Source: a virus (lineage: Duplodnaviria; Heunggongvirae; Uroviricota; Caudoviricetes). Taken from it: a stretch of 27,191 nucleotides of DNA. A model generated the notes under the pieces. It saw only the letters and a list, made by a program, of their open reading frames with translations. It made no database searches and was not told the origin of the DNA. Each line of letters begins with the position of its first letter. Position 1 is the stretch's first letter. Where the stretch lies: IMG/VR virus record IMGVR_UViG_3300021255_003438, positions 77,508 through 104,698 of that record, one strand, 5' to 3'. This document shows positions 16,826 through 25,459 of this stretch, piece by piece. The translations under genes were made by a program, and so were the position numbers.

Positions 16826-16968
16826 AACCTATTTACATAATTTTCACAACTCTCTCCATGAAGAGACATAAATATAGTTTTCTCTTCTTCACTTAACGAC
16901 TCTGTTAATTCTTTTAAAAGCCTACAATTTGGAAACGATAAACAATTAAAACAACTTTTTTCTTCCAT
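16822..16968 (-). CDS. Small Cys-containing protein (48 aa), not in ORF track
   Basis: My translation: MEEKSCFNCLSFPNCRLLKELTESLSEEEKTIFMSLHGESCENYVNRL. TAATG overlap at the start and ATGA overlap at the end. Confidence 0.8.
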   Translation of the reverse strand: MEEKSCFNCLSFPNCRLLKELTESLSEEEKTIFMSLHGESCENYVNRL

Positions 16969-17543
16969 TAATCTATTTCTGTGATTTCAGGCTTTATTAA
17001 ATCCTCTGGATACTCTGCCCCATCATTCTCATAGTCATACATCCTATGTTTCTTCCAATAAGCATGTTTAAGCCTCCTAAGAACACCTTGATTAAGTATT
17101 GTGGCGTAGCTGTTCCTATCATCATATTCTATTTCTATATCTGGATTATCTTCCACCACTCTAGATATGAATTCAGCAAATGCCCTTGACCTACTCATAC
17201 CAGCTCTACAGCAAATTCTAAAATACATAACTCCATCATTTATCATCTTTTCAATAAAATCAACAGCTTTTTCAGCTTGTTCCATACTCATTGTTTTAAA
17301 TATATGACCATTATAATTAACATCTGTTGAAATATCGTCAAAATCGAGATTTAATACATTTGGATGGTCTTTAAAGTAATGCTGCATTTCTTCCATTAAA
17401 TAATATCTTCTACATTCTTCTGTGCCTATAATATCTATAAAGGCTTTGTCTTTTTTATCCTCAACATTTTCATCGTTTAAACCATCTTCTTTACATTTTT
17501 CTTCAAAAAGATAATGCGATAAAACTTCAATTTTTAATTCCAT
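16968..17543 (-). CDS. Cys-dependent (PTP/dual-specificity-like) phosphatase
   Basis: CX5R loop CRAGMSRS and upstream LNLDFDD acid loop. Confidence 0.75.
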   Translation of the reverse strand: MELKIEVLSHYLFEEKCKEDGLNDENVEDKKDKAFIDIIGTEECRRYYLMEEMQHYFKDHPNVLNLDFDDISTDVNYNGHIFKTMSMEQAEKAVDFIEKMINDGVMYFRICCRAGMSRSRAFAEFISRVVEDNPDIEIEYDDRNSYATILNQGVLRRLKHAYWKKHRMYDYENDGAEYPEDLIKPEITEID

Positions 17544-17829
17544 CCGTAATAAATTTTATGAATTCTTCTTTATTGTAAACATTATTATATTTATATATTG
17601 GTATATCAATTATTGATTTTTTATCATCAACAATATACAAAACATTTAAACCGTTTTCTGTACATTTATTAAATTTTTTAATATCAGCTTTTATGTTTTT
17701 TTTAAGGTTTTCTTGAGGCTCAGATTGGCCACCAAAATTAGATGGAATAAAATGCTGTAAACCTTGACATTCGAATACCATTTTTTTTGAGGGAATATAG
17801 AAATCTAGCCTTTGTTTGCCTAGCCAATT
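17527..17829 (-). pseudogene. Vsr/DUF559-like endonuclease domain lacking its own start, out of frame with the upstream ORF
   Basis: The frame upstream of the annotated ATG (17781) reads NWLGKQRLDFYIPSKK-MVFECQGLQHF, the D...ExxGxxH pattern. There is no ATG/GTG/TTG between the in-frame TAA (17871-17869) and 17781. Confidence 0.6.
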
Positions 17830-18155
17830 TAAATATTCATTGCTGTAGTATAGGCATACGTAGTGGTATTATAGGCAGCAGTGCTTATTGTGTAAACACC
17901 ATTGTAATCGTTATAATACCATTTTGGTGATGGCTTCTTTTCATAATTCAACTCTTGCCTCATCCCAAATGTCGTTTGGTTATATTTCAAATTAGAGTTT
18001 TTCAAAAAGTAAAACGCCAAATGCAGATAATCGTCTTCATTGTCAGTATATCCCTTAAATATGCCAATAGCAGCACTAACGCTAAACTCGCCTAAGACTT
18101 TTTTTAAGTTCTCTAACCTTTTGACAATTTCATCATGTCCGTACCTTTTAATCAT
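17829..18155 (-). CDS. Hypothetical protein (108 aa), Y/T-rich C-terminus
   Basis: ATG at 18155 overlaps the upstream TGA (ATGA), so it is preferred over the track's TTG at 18173. Confidence 0.7.
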   Translation of the reverse strand: MIKRYGHDEIVKRLENLKKVLGEFSVSAAIGIFKGYTDNEDDYLHLAFYFLKNSNLKYNQTTFGMRQELNYEKKPSPKWYYNDYNGVYTISTAAYNTTTYAYTTAMNI

Positions 18156-18304
18156 AGTAGCTCCTCCCCCCAATTTTCAAAATCCTTAGACATACTATCT
18201 GTCTGCTTATTTAAATGCTTGTGCAAGTTTTCCGTTGTCAAAGACAATACAACACTCAATCCTACTATGCTTCCTAATATAAATATTTTTGCTTTTGTTT
18301 TCAT
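18152..18304 (-). CDS. Small membrane-anchored protein (50 aa), not in ORF track
   Basis: My translation: MKTKAKIFILGSIVGLSVVLSLTTENLHKHLNKQTDSMSKDFENWGEELL. ATGA overlaps at both ends. Confidence 0.8.
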   Translation of the reverse strand: MKTKAKIFILGSIVGLSVVLSLTTENLHKHLNKQTDSMSKDFENWGEELL

Positions 18305-19152
18305 AACACTTCTCTTAATCTATCTGTTACACTTTGTAATGGTATTAGTTCATATTCCCCATCATCTTTAAGCCATACTATCCTTCTAGCTATCACCTTC
18401 AATCCTATGTCCTCTAGAGGAATCTGATATGCAGACAATTGAAGAGTGTAATATGACAATGGCTCTTCAAATAAATCACCAAACGGAGGTGCTAAGAACC
18501 TTCCCATTTCTCTACTGAAATCCTTTTTTAATTCCTTGTTGGTTTTAAAGTCGAATATACACAATCCACTTTTTGAATCATCTTCCTCATCTTTATAATA
18601 GAAAAGAATGTCAAATGTTCCACAATAGTCTTGTTTAAGGTTTGTAAGCTGTTTGTTCTTTCCTGTGTATACCTTTGTTTCGGCTAGGACAAAATGAAGA
18701 TTGGAATGTAATTCATCATAAAACTTCATTATTGCTTCTTCCTTTGGCCTTGTTGGTATTAACCAACCCTTATCTTTTATGTATTTACACTTGTTTTCTT
18801 CTGTTATAAACTCTGGATGGCCATTCCTTAACCATCCCAATGATTCCCCATATGCATGAACCAATGTTCCGCTTGTCGTTGCTTTTAAATTGGCGAATTT
18901 CCATTTATCCAACCAATATTGTGGTGTCTCACCATGCTTTTTAGTATAAGCCACCGCTTGCGCTTGTTCGTCAAATGGGTGCGCGCAAAACTGATGCGTT
19001 ACCTCTGATACTGATGGTAATTGCTGCCCATTAAGGAAATACTTATGTCCATCTTCTATAAATTGAAGGTCTTTGAATTCTGATAATATATTATTTCTTA
19101 TATCTGTTACTTCCTTTGGCTCTCCATCTACTTTGATTAGTTTTTTAGCCAT
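18301..19152 (-). CDS. PD-(D/E)XK nuclease (RecB/Cas4-like exonuclease)
   Basis: LPSVS, GTLVHAYGE, ETKVY, GTFDILF, FDFKT and LQLSAY motifs. No Fe-S Cys cluster seen. Confidence 0.8.
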   Translation of the reverse strand: MAKKLIKVDGEPKEVTDIRNNILSEFKDLQFIEDGHKYFLNGQQLPSVSEVTHQFCAHPFDEQAQAVAYTKKHGETPQYWLDKWKFANLKATTSGTLVHAYGESLGWLRNGHPEFITEENKCKYIKDKGWLIPTRPKEEAIMKFYDELHSNLHFVLAETKVYTGKNKQLTNLKQDYCGTFDILFYYKDEEDDSKSGLCIFDFKTNKELKKDFSREMGRFLAPPFGDLFEEPLSYYTLQLSAYQIPLEDIGLKVIARRIVWLKDDGEYELIPLQSVTDRLREVL

Positions 19153-19169
19153 TATATATTATATTTTTG

Positions 19170-19201
19170 CAAAGATATATAAAATATATTAAAAAAGCAA
19201 A
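19170..19201 (-). promoter_or_regulatory. Bacteroidota sigma-A promoter P8
   Basis: TTTG (19201-19198), 20 nt, TATCTTTG (19177-19170), CA. Confidence 0.85.
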
Positions 19202-19210
19202 TTAAATAAT

Positions 19211-19257
19211 AAAAAAAAAAATAAAAATAGGATAACCAAATTAATTGATTATCCCAT
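19211..19257 (-). terminator. Terminator closing the tail-gene block
   Basis: RNA AUGGGAUAAUCAA-UUAAU-UUGGUUAUCCUAU (13 pairs, 2 G-U) followed by a long U tract. Confidence 0.8.
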
Positions 19258-19332
19258 TATTTATTTTCCTATGTTCTTTACACATCATTCCTCTAACAGT
19301 TAATTTCCATATGTACTCTTCAAATGATTTGG

Positions 19333-21042
19333 TTATTCAGAACAAGGTCCTGCTTGTTGCGTTATAGTTGCATCACAAATTTTAACATTACCATCCACAG
19401 TGCAAGTAGCTGTTATTGTCCATTGTTTTTCAGTGTTGTCACTGTTTGTTGGTATAGTGGCAACTAATATCTTATTGTATGGGTCAACCACACTAATTGC
19501 ACTAGGAACGCTCCATTCCACGGTGTAATCGTCATACTTACTCCAACTTGTCTCGTGCGGAGCTATACATTTGCGCAAAACATCCAAACTTAACTTCACT
19601 TGCATTTCATTGCATGGAATGTAAATTAAATTCAAGTCAATGTCATCATCAGCATTGCAAACTAATTCAACCGTATCAACTTTACAATTCGCACTATATG
19701 TGTAAGAGGTGCAAGGGCATAGTTCGCTATTGCCTTCTTGACAAACATTAAATGGTATAGAACAGCTCTTTCCATTTATATTAAATGAAATTATTACTTG
19801 ACCACTTCTTCCAACAGTTTCACAAGGTATTGCATCCATTGAGGCTGTTATAACCATATTACTTGTATCTAGAACAACATTTGTTAACCATGAAGGATAA
19901 TCTCCATTATTGATATGTATGTTAGTAACATCTTGGCTCAATAACTCATAGTTGCCAATGATAACATTTGTGTGCGCACTATGGTCAAAACAAGTTACGC
20001 TAGACACGGACATTACGTCATCACATTTAACGCAATCAGTCCTATCAACACAATCTAAAGTAAATATCATACTATCAGTGTTGCCGTGATACTCTATAGA
20101 CAAAGTTTCTGACAAATGTATTGGATATTCTGTATCTCCACTTGGGCATATTATTTCATCAAAATGTCCACTAGCTGTGCCTGCATCTTCATTACCTTGT
20201 ATATCTCTGTATACATCGACATATTTATATCCACAAGAATCTACCCAATTATAACGGTCATAATAATAACCAGTAGCTGTTATAGCATAGTCGCCGCCTC
20301 CACAATCAAATGATTTTGGGGTTGTTTCATATACTGTAACTCCAGTATAATGACGGCCTTCATAGGAGGTATAACCACCTGTTAATGTCTCTTGGTTTAT
20401 TGTGACCGTATCACTATGCTCAGTTCCTTGGAAAGTAACCTTACCAGTTACTACAGTTGTTCTAGAACTTGCAGAAATGCTGCCGTTTTTATCAACGCTA
20501 AATGTTGGATATGAAATACTACCAAAGTTGCTTGTAGTCCAAGTCACATTACTATCTTGAGTCTCTGATATTGGCTGTGTTGATGACGTAATCGTGCAGT
20601 TTGAGGCCATATACTTGGTATTCCTCGTAAAACCATATGAATAATTTAAAGTAGAATTGCCTCCGCATTCACTTATAGTTGTTGGTTCTGCTCCAATTGA
20701 AAATCCATTAAATGTAGTATATGCTACTGAAAGGTCTTTTTGGTTAACTTGTTGATTTTCGGTATAAGGATTTATTCCATCATTATAAAAAATACTATTA
20801 ACAACAATACCATCAATGTCATCCTCTGGACTCTTTCCTTCTACATGGTTTGGAATAAGTGTTCCTCCAGTTAATTCACTATAGGTTGGGCAATAACTAT
20901 CATTGGAAAAATCTGGTTTTGCGTCTTCATTAATATGGACAACATTTCCATTGTAGTCCTTTATAAGGTCTCCAATGAAACTTTTAAGGTATCCAATCGT
21001 AATAATTCTCAAACACTCAGTTTGTTTATCTACTATTGCCAT
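19333..21042 (-). CDS. Putative virion/tail-associated protein with Ig-like (BACON-like) domains
   Basis: T/S/C-rich beta-strand composition with module ends such as VTINQE, PSWLT...RSGQVIISF...NVCQEG and ATITQQAG. It follows the tail fibre gene directly. Confidence 0.55.
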   Translation of the reverse strand: MAIVDKQTECLRIITIGYLKSFIGDLIKDYNGNVVHINEDAKPDFSNDSYCPTYSELTGGTLIPNHVEGKSPEDDIDGIVVNSIFYNDGINPYTENQQVNQKDLSVAYTTFNGFSIGAEPTTISECGGNSTLNYSYGFTRNTKYMASNCTITSSTQPISETQDSNVTWTTSNFGSISYPTFSVDKNGSISASSRTTVVTGKVTFQGTEHSDTVTINQETLTGGYTSYEGRHYTGVTVYETTPKSFDCGGGDYAITATGYYYDRYNWVDSCGYKYVDVYRDIQGNEDAGTASGHFDEIICPSGDTEYPIHLSETLSIEYHGNTDSMIFTLDCVDRTDCVKCDDVMSVSSVTCFDHSAHTNVIIGNYELLSQDVTNIHINNGDYPSWLTNVVLDTSNMVITASMDAIPCETVGRSGQVIISFNINGKSCSIPFNVCQEGNSELCPCTSYTYSANCKVDTVELVCNADDDIDLNLIYIPCNEMQVKLSLDVLRKCIAPHETSWSKYDDYTVEWSVPSAISVVDPYNKILVATIPTNSDNTEKQWTITATCTVDGNVKICDATITQQAGPCSE

Positions 21043-21055
21043 TTTGTTGTTTATT

Positions 21056-23473
21056 TTATTTTTTATTTTCTAAATCTTTAATCTTTTTCTTAAGTTCTTC
21101 ATTTTGCATACTTAAATTAATACAAAAGTCCTCTAAATAAGAAAGCTTAAGCATCATAAATGCAGTATAATCAACTGCCTTAAACCCATCTTCCTTAGTA
21201 TAAACAAGCTCACCTAATCCAGCAGCTTCAACTTCTTGTGCTATTACACCATATGTTTTCGTTCTGTGTGGGTCATCTTTGAAGACAAATGATTTAGTAT
21301 CAACTCTCTTTACCTTATTGAAATCATTCCTAGAAACAGTCCTAATATTATCCTTTAATGCAATATCTGAAGAATAAATAGCCCTATTTGCTGTTATAGT
21401 TCCATCTACTTCAACTGGATATTCAAAAGTATAATAGTCAGTTTCATGCATGCCATCACTATTTTTATGATTCTTCATATGACTGAACTCATTAGGAATC
21501 GTAAAGTTTGTCGTAGTACTTCCGCTTAAGTTGGAGCATTTTCCATTTTCATTTCTAACATCTCCATACACTGAGCAAACTTTTGCACCCAAGCCGTCAT
21601 TGACAACCACTGAACCACTAACAATAACATCCCCATCAAAATTTGTGATAGGAGAATTGATGTTAATCGTTTCACCATTAATTGTGGTCAATGTAGAAGG
21701 ACTAGAACCACTGCAATTAACACCCACATTGGTACTTTCTACTCCATAAATGGTTACATCAGCACCAGCAGTTTCGCAAATAACATTATTCGCAGTAATA
21801 AAAATATCATTCTCAGCAGACTCAAGAATGTCTTCCTTTGCAGTCAAGCCTAAATTACCTACTGCTGCGTCAACAATGACTTTATTACCTCTAACGGTTG
21901 TCGTTGCTGCCGTTGTAGTTCCATCACAGCTAATACCAACGTTTGTATTCTGACTGCCATACAACGTTATGTCTTCTCTACTGTTCAAGCACAAATCGTC
22001 TAATACATTAATAGTAACTTCGTCACCACCAAGGTTAATTGTAGTACCACTAATGTTAATTGTAGTAGCAGTAGTTGTGTTGTTACAGTCAATACCAATG
22101 TTGGTTTCAGCGCCATAAATGTTAGCGTTTGTTGCACCACTTATACAGATTACGTCACCATTGACATCATAGTTTGTGATGTTAACAGTGCCATTCGTAA
22201 AGTTCTGTGTTAGGTTAGTTCCACCTTCATTGATTGTTGTACCTTCAATATTTGTAGTGGTTGATGTGTTGTTGTCACAAGACCTACCAATGTTCGTGGT
22301 TGCACCATAGAAATTAGCGTTTGTTCCTGCTGCCACGCAAGTTGCACCAGTTGAAGATACGTTCACAGTTCCACCGCTTCCAGTTATTGTCTCACCGTTA
22401 ATCGTGGTTGTTGTAGATACGTTTGCGTTATGACAGTCAGCACCGATATTGGTATTTGTGACTCCATAGTAAGTTGCATCCACGCCAGCTGTTGAGCAAA
22501 GGTTGTTGTTTGCTGTAATCACTATGTCGTTTTCAGCAGACTCAAGAATGTCTTCCTTTGCAGTTAAAGCCAAATTGGTTACTCCAGCGTCTACAATAAC
22601 CTTATCGCCTCTGATGTTCGTTGTTGCGGCTGTGGCCGTATCATCACAACTAACGCCAATATTTGTATTTTCACTACCATAGAAAGTAGCATCACCACTA
22701 GTTACCTCTTCACAAATATTATCAGTTGCCAATATATGCATTTGACCATCCTTATTCATGGCTATTACAGACTTAACTGCATCTGGATAAGGGGCTTCAG
22801 CAGCAGTTAACTCTATCCTTTTAGTACCGTATAAGCTAACCACGCCTTCATCAGTTCCATCTCCGCTTGCAGCCATTGCTATATGATTACCATCAACTTC
22901 AAAGGTGTCACTAAGGAAATGAGACTCTGTAACGTTAACATCTAACAAGCTTCCGCAAGAACCGTCTAAACCTTGAATCTTGGTTGTTCCTTGAAGTAAA
23001 GCGCCACAAGTTGTTGTGATTGAACTAAATGAAGGATTACCGCCATTCATTGCATACATATCCATATTAACAGCGAAACCAGCGCCATCCTTAGTTCCAT
23101 CTGGTGAAAGTGGATTGATTTCGTCTCCATGCATGTCCCTAGCTCCGTTTACATTTGAACCATAAGGGGTCTTTGTAGGAACTACTTGGTTAATCTTAAA
23201 TAAAAGCTGTGATTTGTTGTTTTTAAGGTCTTGCTCAGTAGGAGTCGTTACAGTTGCTGAATAAGGGAAAACCTCTTTGTATTCCATCCAATCTACAATA
23301 GTAGCATCCTCTGAAAATCTTACAACTTCGTTATCTGTGTTCTTTGTGGAGATAAAAGAACCATTTTTGTTAGCATTCACCGCCAATTCGCCCAATTCTA
23401 AAGATTCTGGTGTTGGCTGCTTGTCGAACACACTGCTATGGATGTGTTGGACTTTTCTTCTGTCTTTTGCCAT
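21056..23473 (-). CDS. Tail fibre/spike with C-terminal intramolecular chaperone (Peptidase S74) domain
   Basis: C-terminal SSDIALKDNI...YGVIAQEVE...AVDY followed by a coiled coil; long T/N/G-rich repeat shaft. Confidence 0.85.
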   Translation of the reverse strand: MAKDRRKVQHIHSSVFDKQPTPESLELGELAVNANKNGSFISTKNTDNEVVRFSEDATIVDWMEYKEVFPYSATVTTPTEQDLKNNKSQLLFKINQVVPTKTPYGSNVNGARDMHGDEINPLSPDGTKDGAGFAVNMDMYAMNGGNPSFSSITTTCGALLQGTTKIQGLDGSCGSLLDVNVTESHFLSDTFEVDGNHIAMAASGDGTDEGVVSLYGTKRIELTAAEAPYPDAVKSVIAMNKDGQMHILATDNICEEVTSGDATFYGSENTNIGVSCDDTATAATTNIRGDKVIVDAGVTNLALTAKEDILESAENDIVITANNNLCSTAGVDATYYGVTNTNIGADCHNANVSTTTTINGETITGSGGTVNVSSTGATCVAAGTNANFYGATTNIGRSCDNNTSTTTNIEGTTINEGGTNLTQNFTNGTVNITNYDVNGDVICISGATNANIYGAETNIGIDCNNTTTATTINISGTTINLGGDEVTINVLDDLCLNSREDITLYGSQNTNVGISCDGTTTAATTTVRGNKVIVDAAVGNLGLTAKEDILESAENDIFITANNVICETAGADVTIYGVESTNVGVNCSGSSPSTLTTINGETININSPITNFDGDVIVSGSVVVNDGLGAKVCSVYGDVRNENGKCSNLSGSTTTNFTIPNEFSHMKNHKNSDGMHETDYYTFEYPVEVDGTITANRAIYSSDIALKDNIRTVSRNDFNKVKRVDTKSFVFKDDPHRTKTYGVIAQEVEAAGLGELVYTKEDGFKAVDYTAFMMLKLSYLEDFCINLSMQNEELKKKIKDLENKK
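21813..22564. repeat. Internal duplication in the tail fibre (about 100-aa block, 720-bp spacing)
   Basis: Identical 32-mer TCAGCAGACTCAAGAATGTCTTCCTTTGCAGT at 21813-21844 and 22533-22564 (LTAKEDILESAEND twice), with similar flanks. Confidence 0.9.
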
Positions 23474-23551
23474 ATTATTACTATTTAGTACATTAAGAAA
23501 AGCAAATATAGATTTGCTTGAATTATTTTTAATAATAAATAGTCATAAATG

Positions 23552-23581
23552 CAAAAAAAGAGGGTGGTTAGCCCTCTTTTT
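23552..23581. terminator. Terminator after the 23613-25373 gene
   Basis: AAAAAGAGGG (23555-23564) / CCCTCTTTTT (23572-23581), 7-nt loop. Confidence 0.8.
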
Positions 23582-23612
23582 AATTAGATTGTTTATATAA
23601 ACCTTACAAATT

Positions 23613-25373
23613 TTATGAAGGATTTTGTTTTATATTAATTTTATATTCAACGTCTCTAGTTCCACTTGTTCCTTTTACAACAACGTCTGCTTCGCGGCAT
23701 ACTCCAGTTGTGTTTTGTGTTAAAGACCAAGACACTTTATTTAAACTACTATCCACTGTCACTGTACAGAAATCATTCGTTATTTGTGTACTTGAACAGT
23801 TATACGCTATACATAACCCAGTGAGTACCAAGTTTTCTCTAACTCCATTTATTGTATTATAAACGTCCTCTATTATCATTGAATTATTATATGCGCCACT
23901 TTCTATTGTAATATCTTCTTTTTTAATCACTCCGACTCTATCACCTTCATATGTTACTCCATCAATTTTCATATATCCTCGAATTTCGCGTCCAGTTCTA
24001 CTAGTCATCTTGTTTTCCAAAATTGCAGATTTACTTTGAATATCATACGTTAACTTGGCAACATATGAATAGTATTTTTTAGTGTCTGCTGCACCTTTAT
24101 TAGCATTCTCTGTAGAATATGCATAAACATTACCACTATTTGGGATAGTAGATACTAATTCAGTATTACCACTTGGTACAAATACAAACCGATTAGTACC
24201 ATCACCATGTTGCATTCCGTCTCCTTTATAAGTTTTATATGTCACCGTACAGTTACCATTCCTTTTTCCATTAGGAGAACCGCCACTACCATACCAATTG
24301 GCATAAAGATTACAATAAAGTTTAGTGATACCTTCACTTATATAATCGTGGTCGCAAATTTTCTTCCAATTTACTAATGCGCATTCATCACCACTTTGTG
24401 TATTATCACCTCCATGCTGTAAATACATACTTGTCACGGCAGATATTGCAGCATTATTAGAGCCAACAAGCCCATAACCAACTGGACAATCATCAAGCGT
24501 TCTGTCAACTATTGGTAAATAACTACCTTCTACATATGTTGCTGTATCTAAATCATGACCGTCTTCATCAGTCCAAGTAAATGTAAATGTTAAGTAATCG
24601 AAATCTGGTAATATTGTCATGTCTTGTCCACTTTGTTCAATCTCCAAGACTGTAGATTCTTTTTCTCCTAAAACCGCTTTAAATTTAGCACTTTTAATTC
24701 TATTCACATTGTTTTCTAAAGCATTATAGACTTTAAACAATTTACCATCAGAAGTTGTTCCTGTTCTTTCAAACTCGTAATTAATCTTGTTACTAGCTTC
24801 TACTTCTACTTCAGTTAATACAACCCCATCAGATACAATGTTATGGTCTGAATCTTCAGCCCAATAATATACAGTGAATTGCTCTTGTATAGAACCATCT
24901 AACATAGTCTTATCAGATGATATTTTCACGGTAAGATTACCTTTTTGAACTATGTTAAATGTTTTACAAGGCTCGCCATTAAAAAGAAGATTTGCAGTAT
25001 ATGTAGCTTCTAAACCTTCATTTCTTTCACAATCTATAACTACTATATTGTTTCCGTTAGGCTCTATTCTTGTAATATCACTACATTGAACTGAAATAAG
25101 AGAAGAAGGACACTCACTAGTAAAAGTTGCGACAACAATATTGCCACCCTCAACTCCTTCTTGTGGTATTTTATTAGTAGTTGGGGTCACAGTTATCTTA
25201 TTGCAGCATTCACTTGAACTGATTCCTTTAACCGTTACTGTTTTAGAACATTCTTTATTACCATCAGTATACGTAACAGTATATACTATGTCTTGTGTGG
25301 TAGTGTTTTGCGGGAACGTAAATGTTCCATCGCCACCAGTCACACCAGAATCAGGATTTACACTCCATCCCAT
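23613..25373 (-). CDS. Putative virion/tail-associated protein with BACON/Ig-like domains
   Basis: FPQNTT...YTVTY, FNIVQKG, LEIEQSG and WSLTQNTTGVCREADVVV...INIKQ module patterns flanking a globular domain (FDYLTFTFTWTDEDGHDLDT). Confidence 0.6.
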   Translation of the reverse strand: MGWSVNPDSGVTGGDGTFTFPQNTTTQDIVYTVTYTDGNKECSKTVTVKGISSSECCNKITVTPTTNKIPQEGVEGGNIVVATFTSECPSSLISVQCSDITRIEPNGNNIVVIDCERNEGLEATYTANLLFNGEPCKTFNIVQKGNLTVKISSDKTMLDGSIQEQFTVYYWAEDSDHNIVSDGVVLTEVEVEASNKINYEFERTGTTSDGKLFKVYNALENNVNRIKSAKFKAVLGEKESTVLEIEQSGQDMTILPDFDYLTFTFTWTDEDGHDLDTATYVEGSYLPIVDRTLDDCPVGYGLVGSNNAAISAVTSMYLQHGGDNTQSGDECALVNWKKICDHDYISEGITKLYCNLYANWYGSGGSPNGKRNGNCTVTYKTYKGDGMQHGDGTNRFVFVPSGNTELVSTIPNSGNVYAYSTENANKGAADTKKYYSYVAKLTYDIQSKSAILENKMTSRTGREIRGYMKIDGVTYEGDRVGVIKKEDITIESGAYNNSMIIEDVYNTINGVRENLVLTGLCIAYNCSSTQITNDFCTVTVDSSLNKVSWSLTQNTTGVCREADVVVKGTSGTRDVEYKINIKQNPS

Positions 25374-25459
25374 ATTACAACTATTTATTCATTAAATTAT
25401 TTATTATATAAATATTTATTTCGCCATAAAACTAAATATTTTTTCTTAAAAGAAAAATT

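Noticed and set aside
9898-16930. Exact 15-mer AAAAGCCTACAATTT at 9898-9912 and 16916-16930
   Set aside because: A 15-mer match is roughly expected by chance in 27 kb of AT-rich DNA. One copy is coding and the contexts share nothing.
17794-17834. T4 gene 60-style ribosomal bypass at ATT-TAA
   Set aside because: The next matching in-frame ATT (17796-17794) lies past the LDFY motif, so a hop would skip the presumed catalytic Asp.
18301-19152. CRISPR-Cas locus around the Cas4-like nuclease
   Set aside because: No repeat-spacer array, no other cas genes and no Fe-S cysteine set were seen.
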